The notes beneath the pieces were generated by a model. It had not been told where the DNA came from and made no database searches. It saw only the letters and a list, made by a program, of their open reading frames with translations. Of a stretch of 64,000 nucleotides of DNA, positions 29,198 through 39,393 are shown piece by piece. Position 1 is the stretch's first letter. Every line of letters starts with the position of its first letter. A program made the translations under genes and the position numbers. The stretch lies in the sequence record MK373778.1; one strand, given 5' to 3'. This stretch comes from Escherichia phage vB_EcoM_WFbE185.

Positions 29198-29227
29198 ATA
29201 GTATCACAACTCTACCATGTTGTAAAC
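29198..29227 (-). promoter_or_regulatory. early promoter (GTTTAC-N18-TACTAT) with -10 inside 9-bp inverted repeat; heads the transcription unit containing DAHP synthase and cd
   Basis: Inverted repeat GGTAGAGTT / AACTCTACC (29189-29197 and 29208-29216) brackets the -10. Confidence 0.5.
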
Positions 29228-29229
29228 CA

Positions 29230-29505
29230 TTAAATTGCTTTGCATTCAATTTTTTGTGTACCGAAATTGATATCACATTGGATAACTAAATCGCCGTCAA
29301 GATCAAATACCACGATGACGTGTGCAGACCCAGGGAGAAGAGTAATAGCAATAGAATCTACTTGGTCTGGGAGCAAAGCATTGAGTACATGAGTTACTTG
29401 AGCATGAACTCTGAGTTCGGCTGCATTATTAAGCACTTCAAACATATTATTAGCAATAATCTGACTGAAGACTACCTTTACAATTTCAGAATAAGTTGGG
29501 AACAT
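29230..29505 (-). CDS. hypothetical protein (cd-pseT interval)
   Basis: 91-aa ORF, compact minus-strand array. Confidence 0.45.
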   Translation of the reverse strand: MFPTYSEIVKVVFSQIIANNMFEVLNNAAELRVHAQVTHVLNALLPDQVDSIAITLLPGSAHVIVVFDLDGDLVIQCDINFGTQKIECKAI

Positions 29506-29512
29506 AATTACC

Positions 29513-29737
29513 TCAGTGCACAGTATTTACTTTAACTCGAACAACAAATCGCTCGGTTGGTTCACCTACAGGAACAAACTCTACATGATATTCACCTTTG
29601 TAACGAGTATTCAGATCATTACGAATTCCTGCGAGTTTGTTGATTAATGTAGGACTCATATTAAGTCCCACTAGTTTACGAAGCATTTTGTATGCTTCAT
29701 CTTCGATTTCATGATGTTTATCGTACATAGTTTTCAT
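29513..29737 (-). CDS. hypothetical protein (cd-pseT interval)
   Basis: 74-aa ORF. Confidence 0.45.
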   Translation of the reverse strand: MKTMYDKHHEIEDEAYKMLRKLVGLNMSPTLINKLAGIRNDLNTRYKGEYHVEFVPVGEPTERFVVRVKVNTVH

Positions 29738-29909
29738 TTAACCATTCAATTGCCTGGTCGACGTTATCAAATATACCACCGTCCAAACGTTCTTCATGCT
29801 CATAGTCCAGCACATCAATACCGAACTGTCCATTTACTAAAGGCCAGGCTACAAACAAATATTCTTTATGCTGTTCGATTGTACGAAAAATCTTTTCGAT
29901 GTTATTCAT
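29718..29909 (-). CDS. hypothetical small acidic protein (cd-pseT interval)
   Basis: 63-aa ORF overlapping both neighbours. Confidence 0.4.
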   Translation of the reverse strand: MNNIEKIFRTIEQHKEYLFVAWPLVNGQFGIDVLDYEHEERLDGGIFDNVDQAIEWLNENYVR

Positions 29910-30624
29910 AAGTTTTCCATTTTCTACCTAGTTGCCAGTCCGGGCTGTTTAATCTAGGATCGTTTATATCGGTGGTAGAAGACTTTTTACCTGAAATATG
30001 GATTAACCATTTTCTAGATTTAGCTGCTTTAGAATAATTTTCTTTAGCCTTATCACTTCTAACCTTGCCTTTATTGGATTTGGATATTTTATTACCCCAT
30101 TCAATAATAGACTCTTCACTCATAAAATCTTTAACATTCTTACCATACATAGGATTATTTTCGCCTTTAAACGTATTACCATTTTTAAGACGGGTTTCTT
30201 TAGATTTAATCCCATGACCTGGCAATTTCTTACCTTTAATCCAAGGAACCACACCATTATTAAATCGTTCTTTTTGCGATTTAGAAATTTTTGCAGATGT
30301 TTCTGGGCTTGAATTAACATTAATACGATTTTCATTAATATAATCCCAGCCTCCTTCTCCGCCAGGTTTCAAATTGTAATTAGTATCCAGTTTTATAAAT
30401 TCTTTAGTTACTAATTTGGCTTCTAAATCATATGCTTCTTGTTTAGTTTCAAATATTTTTATGATTTCTTTATTAAAAGAATCTTTACCATATTTTGATT
30501 CAGCATTTTTAAAAGCTGTACCGGAACCTAAATAAGAATCATTTTCTTTTAAGGTCTTATGAACCCCTATATAAATTTTGTTGTTAACCAAACATGTGGT
30601 TTTATACACAGTGTATTTTTCCAT
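29902..30624 (-). CDS. free-standing GIY-YIG homing endonuclease (Seg-like)
   Basis: GIY-YIG variant motif VYKTTCLVNNKIYIGVH at N-terminus; Lys-rich C-terminal DNA-binding region; ATG MEKYTVYK with GAGGTGA RBS (track start is GTG). Confidence 0.8.
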   Translation of the reverse strand: MEKYTVYKTTCLVNNKIYIGVHKTLKENDSYLGSGTAFKNAESKYGKDSFNKEIIKIFETKQEAYDLEAKLVTKEFIKLDTNYNLKPGGEGGWDYINENRINVNSSPETSAKISKSQKERFNNGVVPWIKGKKLPGHGIKSKETRLKNGNTFKGENNPMYGKNVKDFMSEESIIEWGNKISKSNKGKVRSDKAKENYSKAAKSRKWLIHISGKKSSTTDINDPRLNSPDWQLGRKWKTYE

Positions 30625-30671
30625 TAGAATCACCTCTATAGATATTTATATTCATCTATGGAGATTTCTAA

Positions 30672-31758
<1,087 letters not shown>

Positions 31759-31759
<1 letters not shown>

Positions 31760-32058
31760 TATTTTATTCCTAAGAAAGTTTCAAGAATACGAATGTTATG
31801 CTCGCGCCGGTCTTTATTAATTTCAGCAACGTTTTTATTAATTGACGTACTTCTAACGTTTGAAGAAATAAATTTAATCATATGACTTTTGAGTTGTTGC
31901 AAATCCAACCCTTTTTCTTTAGCAGCTTTACGAAGAGCTTTACCTGCTTCATCTAGTGCCTTTGCTGCATCTTTGTCATAATTGACAAGTGACATTCCAC
32001 GGCAGATATCAATATACTCGTCAGACCGTTTGATGTAATTCTCTAGTAATGTTTTCAT
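31759..32058 (-). CDS. hypothetical protein
   Basis: 99-aa ORF preceded by a hairpin-embedded early promoter (32087-32116). Confidence 0.5.
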
Positions 32059-32086
32059 TTAGATTTCCTCAATTATCCATAGGAGC

Positions 32087-32116
32087 ATTATACTCTGCTC
32101 CCGAGAGTTTGTAAAC
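32087..32116 (-). promoter_or_regulatory. early promoter (GTTTAC-N18-TATAAT) with -10 inside inverted repeat GGAGCA/TGCTCC
   Basis: Core 18-mer GAGCATTATACTCTGCTC (plus-strand text) recurs at 61403-61420; drives ORF 31759-32058. Confidence 0.5.
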
Positions 32117-32340
32117 TATTTTACTAAAGATTCAATATACTCATGAAGAGCTTTAGTCGCTACTGCCCACTTATTCTGATATTCATTTTTCAGATTAGCA
32201 CGAGACTGAACTAACAAGCGGTCATTAGTCGGAGGCAAAGATTCTAATCGTTGAATCTGGCGTCCATAAATCATAGCCGCCATTTCAGATTCATAGATAA
32301 GCCCTTTAATGTATTCATGCTGTTCTTTAGTCATTGGCAT
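32116..32340 (-). CDS. hypothetical protein
   Basis: 74-aa ORF downstream of the spanin pair. Confidence 0.45.
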   Translation of the reverse strand: MPMTKEQHEYIKGLIYESEMAAMIYGRQIQRLESLPPTNDRLLVQSRANLKNEYQNKWAVATKALHEYIESLVK

Positions 32341-32621
32341 TTTTCCTCTTTTAAACCACTACGATAATAACATAACATAGTCTTCTGGTCATGTATATAT
32401 CTTTTTACGTCGTTTAACCAGATACGAAATTCTTGAGAGTCTTCAAATGGCATTCCAACCCACGGATTACCATCAATAACCTTTACTTGCCATTTCTGGT
32501 TGTATTCGGAAATAGGCGTAGGCCATGAAGGATGTAAAGTTTCTTTAGGGCTTACTGGCACATCCTGAGTACATCCAACTAGGAGACCAATAGATAATAC
32601 AGCCACAGTTAATTTAATCAT
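32331..32621 (-). CDS. outer-membrane spanin (o-spanin lipoprotein; T4 pseT.2 equivalent)
   Basis: Signal peptide with lipobox LLVGC (MIKLTVAVLSIGLLVGCTQ); Cys-containing mature part; ATGA overlap with the i-spanin stop. Confidence 0.65.
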   Translation of the reverse strand: MIKLTVAVLSIGLLVGCTQDVPVSPKETLHPSWPTPISEYNQKWQVKVIDGNPWVGMPFEDSQEFRIWLNDVKRYIHDQKTMLCYYRSGLKEEKCQ

Positions 32622-32974
32622 TCTGAGAGCTTCCTGAGGTCTTCTGCAAAGGAATCGAAGGACCTGTTGATTTGTTTTTCGACCAATCCTGGTTTACTTG
32701 CCACCACGTTCTTCTTCTTCGAATCCTTACGGAGCTTTTCATTTTCGGCCTTAAGTTGGTCAACTAAAACACGGTTCTTATAAGTCATTTCTTCGATTGA
32801 CTGATATTGAACCTTGAAGTCGTCTAATACTTTAGCATTGTTTTTAGCAGTCTCTTTAACAGAAGCCAATTCAGTATTCAGCGAATCGACTTTATGGTTC
32901 AGAAATGCTATTGTTACAGTAGCAACAACTGCAAAAGCTGCCACTACAATATATGATGCATTTACTTTAAGCAT
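32618..32974 (-). CDS. inner-membrane spanin (i-spanin; T4 pseT.3 equivalent)
   Basis: N-terminal transmembrane helix (YIVVAAFAVVATVTIAFL) followed by charged coiled-coil-like domain; adjacent to o-spanin. Confidence 0.65.
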   Translation of the reverse strand: MLKVNASYIVVAAFAVVATVTIAFLNHKVDSLNTELASVKETAKNNAKVLDDFKVQYQSIEEMTYKNRVLVDQLKAENEKLRKDSKKKNVVASKPGLVEKQINRSFDSFAEDLRKLSE

Positions 32975-33462
32975 GTTTGAATAATCTCAATGATTTCGTC
33001 TCGGGATAATCCATTGATAAGAACTGTTTTAGGCCCGTCAGTTTGGATTTTGTATGATTCAAACAATACACACAACTCTTCTGCTGTATGATATGGGCTT
33101 GAGATTCCGAGACGGTTGAATTTGTCGGTAAGAGGGTCGCAAATAATATAGAATTTGATACCTGCGATATGTACGTTTGGTTGACTAATATTAATGAACA
33201 CATTAGCGTCATATTTAGTCAAATTGTTTTGAAGAAATTCTACCATAGCATTAACTGCTTCTGGCATCGCTTCGCGTTTCTCTTCAGCGTATCGGGTTGA
33301 ATACTCTTTTTGTTTTACTTTCTTTTTAAGATTTTTGGCCAGTGTAACACGTAGGTCAGTAAGATAACCAACTGGACGTCCTTTCTTAAAGACCCGGATT
33401 CCGTCAGTTGTGTCTCCAAAAGCGTTTACGACCATATCGTTAGTAATCAATTGCATATTCAT
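32962..33462 (-). CDS. alc: Alc, inhibitor of host (C-containing DNA) transcription
   Basis: From MNMQLITNDMVVNAFGDTTDGIRVFKKGRPVGYLTDLRV matches T4 Alc; GAGGAG RBS; track extension contains the promoter. Confidence 0.8.
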   Translation of the reverse strand: MNMQLITNDMVVNAFGDTTDGIRVFKKGRPVGYLTDLRVTLAKNLKKKVKQKEYSTRYAEEKREAMPEAVNAMVEFLQNNLTKYDANVFINISQPNVHIAGIKFYIICDPLTDKFNRLGISSPYHTAEELCVLFESYKIQTDGPKTVLINGLSRDEIIEIIQTCLK

Positions 33463-33491
33463 AATTTTCTCCTCGTGTTGTTGATAAACCC

Positions 33492-33521
33492 ATAGTATCA
33501 CCATCCTTGGTGTTTGTAAAC
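33492..33521 (-). promoter_or_regulatory. early promoter (GTTTAC-N18-TACTAT) for alc
   Basis: -10 lies 30 nt upstream of the alc ATG; spacer contains CACC...GGTG inverted repeat. Confidence 0.5.
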
Positions 33522-33523
33522 CG

Positions 33524-34657
<1,134 letters not shown>

Positions 34658-34674
34658 TCAGTTAGTTTTTTTAA

Positions 34675-34704
34675 ATTGTACCACAATCCTTGTGGTATGT
34701 AAAC
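34675..34704 (-). promoter_or_regulatory. early promoter (GTTTAC-N18-TACAAT) for rnlA
   Basis: -35 overlaps the denA stop; spacer contains CCACAA/TTGTGG inverted repeat. Confidence 0.45.
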
Positions 34705-35114
34705 TACTTTTTCTTATGTTGGATATTCCAAGGCGGGTTGAACTTTTTGATAAAAAGTGGTTCTTCAAGGTCCATTGTTGCGATGGTCATTGAACCAAGT
34801 TCGTTGGTGACTGAAAGGTCAAAACATTGGCGGGCCCAGAATTCAACCTTTTTGCCTTGCATTAAGGCATCCAAAATCATAAGTGATTTTCTTGAATCTG
34901 AAGTCTGGTCTTTTCGATTTATGGCTGTTCGATAATAGTTAATGCGTTTCTTTAAATTCTTGGTTTTACCAATATACACAAGTTCGTCATCTATAGCAAT
35001 AGCATATATGACATTTTTCTTATTAGGGACATCAACTGTTTTAATTGTTGCATCTTCTAATAGCTCCAATTCTGTATATTTAATAAAGGAATATTCGGCG
35101 GCGATATCTTTCAT
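34704..35114 (-). CDS. denA: endonuclease II
   Basis: 136 aa; MKDIAAEYSFIKYTELEL...VIYAIAIDDELVYIGKTKNL matches T4 DenA. Confidence 0.92.
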   Translation of the reverse strand: MKDIAAEYSFIKYTELELLEDATIKTVDVPNKKNVIYAIAIDDELVYIGKTKNLKKRINYYRTAINRKDQTSDSRKSLMILDALMQGKKVEFWARQCFDLSVTNELGSMTIATMDLEEPLFIKKFNPPWNIQHKKK

Positions 35115-35143
35115 AATAAAGTGGGACCGAAGTCCCGTCCTTA
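35115..35143 (-). promoter_or_regulatory. split Shine-Dalgarno-like hairpin upstream of denA
   Basis: Minus RNA: UAAGGAC-GGGAC-UUCG-GUCCC-ACUUUAUU-AUG; AAGGA overlaps the nrdB stop; no SD between hairpin and AUG. Confidence 0.45.
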
Positions 35144-36319
35144 GAAATATTTTTTGTATGAATTGATTACATTTTGGTCTACATCATTATCAATTTGTGC
35201 GACAAGATAAGAACTGATTTCAACTTCCTGAGGAGCTGCTTGAACTAAATCAGAGTTCAGATATTCACGAATCCAAGGATACGGATGCTTGGTCGGAGCA
35301 TCAGTAATTGGACATGGCAAACCACACTGTTTCATACGAGACACAGTCAAGTAATCAACAAAAGCACACATACCCTGCGTATTGATACCTGGACATGTAC
35401 CATCTTTAAAGAGGTGTGCAGCCCATTCCTTCTCTTGACTATTTACTTCCATAAAAATGTCAACTGCTTCTTGTTCACATTCTTTAGCAGTTTGAACCCA
35501 CTCATCACCGTCAGTACCAGATTGAAGTTGACGGATAATGTACTGAGTACCCTTGAGATGGAGTTGTTCGTCACGAGCAATGAACTTCATAATCTTTGCA
35601 TTGCCTTCCATAATTTCCATATTTTTATGGAAGTTAAAGGTACATGCAAATGATACGTAAAAACGAATAGCTTCCAAGGCGTTAATTACATGAAGGCAAA
35701 GATAAAGAGATTTCATTAGCTCACGCTTCCAATATGTCTCATGCTCAATAGCATCTTCAATAACGTCTTCGTCTGCATTAATTTCTTTTTGGTATTCGAT
35801 ATCGGCTTTAGCGTTTTCCCAATAACGAGTTTTAACCAGAACATCATCGTAATATTTACCTATTGATTCAGCTCGTTTCATGATTGCTTCGTCTAATACA
35901 ATCTCATCAAATACTTTGGATGGATCGGTATAAAGATTTCGCATAATATGAGTGTACGAACGAGAGTGAATAGTTTCACTGAATGTCCATGTTGCAACCC
36001 ACGTATCTAATGAAGGGTCGGAAATCAGTGCCATAAGTACCGCAGATGGGGCCCTGCCTTGGATAGAATCTAATAATGATTGATACTTAAGATTGTTTGT
36101 AAAGATGTCCTGTTGGAACTGAGGAAGCTTATTGAACTGCGCAGAGTCCAACATCAAGTTTACCTCTTCTGGGCGCCAGAAAAACGACAATTGCTTTTCA
36201 ATAAGTTCTTCAAAAACTTTATGTCGCTGAATATCATAACGTGCTAGGCCAAGACCAGAACCAAAGAACATTGGTTCATTCAAAACATCGACTTGTTGTG
36301 TGTTAAAAACTGTACTCAT
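35141..36319 (-). CDS. nrdB: ribonucleotide reductase small subunit (intron-less)
   Basis: 392 aa contiguous; di-iron ligand region (EAIRFY... HLKGTQY); T4 synteny; no intron or intron-encoded endonuclease. Confidence 0.9.
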   Translation of the reverse strand: MSTVFNTQQVDVLNEPMFFGSGLGLARYDIQRHKVFEELIEKQLSFFWRPEEVNLMLDSAQFNKLPQFQQDIFTNNLKYQSLLDSIQGRAPSAVLMALISDPSLDTWVATWTFSETIHSRSYTHIMRNLYTDPSKVFDEIVLDEAIMKRAESIGKYYDDVLVKTRYWENAKADIEYQKEINADEDVIEDAIEHETYWKRELMKSLYLCLHVINALEAIRFYVSFACTFNFHKNMEIMEGNAKIMKFIARDEQLHLKGTQYIIRQLQSGTDGDEWVQTAKECEQEAVDIFMEVNSQEKEWAAHLFKDGTCPGINTQGMCAFVDYLTVSRMKQCGLPCPITDAPTKHPYPWIREYLNSDLVQAAPQEVEISSYLVAQIDNDVDQNVINSYKKYF

Positions 36320-36374
36320 TATATTTTCTCACTTAGTTATTAACTCATCCATGAGTAAATTATAATCAAAAGTC

Positions 36375-38630
36375 TTAAAGCTTACAAGCAGAACAATCTT
36401 CAGCTTTAGGTGTTTCTAATTCATAGTCATCTGTGCCTGACCCATCACGAGTGTTATGATAGTAGAGGTTTTTTCCGCCAAAGTACCAGAAGTAAAGCAG
36501 ATCGTCAAGCATTACTGACATTGGCACTTTACCTTTCTCAAATACTGCAGGGTCATAGTAAGTATTAGCAGAAGCAGATTGGCACACCCATTTCAACATG
36601 ATAGCAACTTGGGTCAAATAAGGTTTATTACCTTTCTTAGCAAGTTTCCACGCGTAGTCGTAAAGACCCATGTTATGTTCTATATTAGGAACAACCTGAC
36701 GGAAGTTGCCTTCTTTAGATTCTTTAATACTCACTGGACCACGCGGCGGTTCAATCCCGTTTGTAGAGTTTGATACTTGACTGCTTGACTCACAAGGCAT
36801 GAGTGCAGACAACGTTGAGTTACGAATTCCATGTTCTTTGAGTTCAGCTCGAAGTTCTTCCCAATCACATACGTAGTTCGGGGCTGCGATTTGGTCAATC
36901 TTTTTATTGTACCAGTCGATAGGTAATTCGCCTCTAGACCATTTAGTGTCTGAATAATACTCGCAACATCCTTTTTCTTTGGCGAGTTTGATTGAAGCTT
37001 TGATAAGGCCATATTGCAATCTCTCAAACAATTCATGAGTCAAATCGTTAGCGTCTTCATATGAAGCGAAGTTAGAAGCTAACCATGCAGCATAGTTCGT
37101 AACACCAACACCAAGATTACGACGCTTTTTGGCTTTTAAAGCTTCTGGAACCGGATAATCTTGATAGTCTAACAGGTTATCAAGTGCACGTACTTGTACT
37201 TCAGCAAGTTCATTAATTTTATCTTGGTCTTGCCAATCAAATTTATCTAACACGAATGCAGATAATGTGCATAAACCAATTTCAGCATCAGGACCATTCA
37301 CATCATTAGTTGGAATAGCGATTTCACAACATAAGTTACTCTGACGAATTGGAGCTTTTTCACGAATAAATGGAGTGTAGTTGTTCGTGTTATCAACGAA
37401 TTGCGGATAAATTCGAGCGGTGCCAGAACGTTCAGTCATGAACAATTCAAAGAGTTCTAGTGCTTTGATTCTTTTCTTTCTGATTGTTGGGTCTTTTTCA
37501 GCTTTCTCATAAAGCTCACGGAATTTATCTTGATCTTCAAAGAACGAGTAGTATAGTTCGCCTGACATTTCGTGAGGGCTAAATAAAGTAATATAATCAT
37601 TTTTACCAAGGCGTTCCATCATAAGGTCATTAATCTGAATTCCGTAGTCCATATGTCGAATACGGTTTTCATCCACGCCTTTGTTATTTTTCAGAACTAA
37701 TAGGTTCTCTACTTCTAAGTGCCACATCGGATAATACGCTGTAGCAGCACCACCACGAATACCACCTTGAGAACAAGATTTTACTGCAGTTTGGAAATGT
37801 TTCCAGAATGGAATAACACCCGTATGTCGAACTTCACCCATACCGATCTTAGAACCTTCTGCACGAAGCATACCAACGTTGATACCAATACCAGCTCGTT
37901 TAGAAATATATTCAATAATTGATGCTGAAGTTTTGTTAATAGATTTTAACGAATCACCGGCTTCAATAACTACACAACTAGAGAACTGGCGAGTTGGAGT
38001 ACGAGCACCTGCCATAATTGGGGTTGGCAATGAAACTTGATGAGTAGAAACGGCATCATAAAAACGAATAATATGTTTCAAACGGTCATGAGTTTCGTCT
38101 TGGTGTAAGGCCATGCCAATAGCCATGATAGCAAACTGTGGAGTTTCATAAATCTTCCCAGTTGTTTTATCTTTAACTAGATATTTTTCTTTAAGCTGCA
38201 TAGCACCAGCATAAGTCAGGTCAAAATCTCGCTCATGTTTAATCTGAGAATCAAGATAAATGATTTCTTCTGCTGAATATTGAGACAACAGCTCAGGATC
38301 ATATTTGCCTTCATTAACACAATAAGAAATATGGTCGATAAAAGCAGGAGGTTCAAACTGGCCATACACATCTTTACGAAGTGCAAACATTAATCCTTTA
38401 GCGGCAACATACTGATAATCAGGTTCTTCGACAGAAATCGAGTTAGCTGCAACTTTAATACAAATCTTCTGAATATCTTTGGTGCTCATCCCGTCAACAA
38501 GATGGGTCTTAATTTCTTCGTACAATTCATATGGGTCAATTTGTGTTCCTTCACACTGCCAAGTTAAGACTTGAATAATTTTCTGTGCATCAAAATTTTG
38601 GGATACCCCACTGCTCTTAGTTACTTGCAT
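36375..38630 (-). CDS. nrdA: ribonucleotide reductase large subunit
   Basis: 751 aa; matches T4 NrdA over essentially the whole length (active-site NLCCEI, C-terminal CSACKL). Confidence 0.95.
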   Translation of the reverse strand: MQVTKSSGVSQNFDAQKIIQVLTWQCEGTQIDPYELYEEIKTHLVDGMSTKDIQKICIKVAANSISVEEPDYQYVAAKGLMFALRKDVYGQFEPPAFIDHISYCVNEGKYDPELLSQYSAEEIIYLDSQIKHERDFDLTYAGAMQLKEKYLVKDKTTGKIYETPQFAIMAIGMALHQDETHDRLKHIIRFYDAVSTHQVSLPTPIMAGARTPTRQFSSCVVIEAGDSLKSINKTSASIIEYISKRAGIGINVGMLRAEGSKIGMGEVRHTGVIPFWKHFQTAVKSCSQGGIRGGAATAYYPMWHLEVENLLVLKNNKGVDENRIRHMDYGIQINDLMMERLGKNDYITLFSPHEMSGELYYSFFEDQDKFRELYEKAEKDPTIRKKRIKALELFELFMTERSGTARIYPQFVDNTNNYTPFIREKAPIRQSNLCCEIAIPTNDVNGPDAEIGLCTLSAFVLDKFDWQDQDKINELAEVQVRALDNLLDYQDYPVPEALKAKKRRNLGVGVTNYAAWLASNFASYEDANDLTHELFERLQYGLIKASIKLAKEKGCCEYYSDTKWSRGELPIDWYNKKIDQIAAPNYVCDWEELRAELKEHGIRNSTLSALMPCESSSQVSNSTNGIEPPRGPVSIKESKEGNFRQVVPNIEHNMGLYDYAWKLAKKGNKPYLTQVAIMLKWVCQSASANTYYDPAVFEKGKVPMSVMLDDLLYFWYFGGKNLYYHNTRDGSGTDDYELETPKAEDCSACKL

Positions 38631-38926
38631 ATGTCCTCTATATTAAATTCATCTTTAAAAAGTTTATTAACCACTAGAGCTATTATATCACCATGACAGG
38701 CTTTTGGTTTACATGTGCATCCTAATCGCATCCCACGTAAAGGTTCAAGATGAGCTTTTGTGATTTCTCCACTTCTAATTCTTTTAATAAAATCCTTTTT
38801 GAAAAGCTCAATAGCTTCTTCTCGAGAAGAGGCATCCTTGCCTACATAATTTCCCCAGAATGTGCCACGGTGAATATTAACATCAAAATCTGATTTGTAT
38901 TTATTCACTACGCGGCATATTTTCAT
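38621..38926 (-). CDS. hypothetical Cys/His-motif protein (nrdA.1-like)
   Basis: 101 aa; LGCTCKPKACHGD motif; 10-nt overlap with nrdA start. Confidence 0.5.
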   Translation of the reverse strand: MKICRVVNKYKSDFDVNIHRGTFWGNYVGKDASSREEAIELFKKDFIKRIRSGEITKAHLEPLRGMRLGCTCKPKACHGDIIALVVNKLFKDEFNIEDICK

Positions 38927-39144
38927 GTTACGTCAACCTCAAACCAACAGTCATAAACATTATCCAAAGGATTATGCTTATTATATTCATACACCTTTGT
39001 AACAGAGAGAACTCTCTCTTCAAAGCCGTCAACATTAATTGTCTCAGTTTTAATAGGGAGCTCAAGAGGATTAGCATTATAAAGTTCAGCTAACATCTTT
39101 TTACTACCATGTCCTTTACGAACAATACGAATATTGATACCCAT
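38923..39144 (-). CDS. hypothetical protein (nrdA.2-like)
   Basis: 73-aa ORF, 4-nt overlap. Confidence 0.45.
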   Translation of the reverse strand: MGINIRIVRKGHGSKKMLAELYNANPLELPIKTETINVDGFEERVLSVTKVYEYNKHNPLDNVYDCWFEVDVT

Positions 39145-39392
39145 TAGTTACGTTCCAATTCTTCATATTCTTTAGGTGTCAAGACTGTGATATTGAAATA
39201 AACCAACGGTTCTTTTTCTATACCGAATCCACCACAGAATTCACGATATTCATAAATTCGTTCATGTGAATAACAAATGAATCGTTCACCTTTAACTGTG
39301 ATTTCACTATTCGGTGAAGGGATATCCAGTTCACTTGGATTTTTCATTTCAAAAATTGTGGTGCCATATGAATTAATAAAACGTAAAATCAT
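39144..39392 (-). CDS. hypothetical protein
   Basis: 82-aa ORF between td and the nrdA.x genes. Confidence 0.45.
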   Translation of the reverse strand: MILRFINSYGTTIFEMKNPSELDIPSPNSEITVKGERFICYSHERIYEYREFCGGFGIEKEPLVYFNITVLTPKEYEELERN

Positions 39393-39393
39393 T

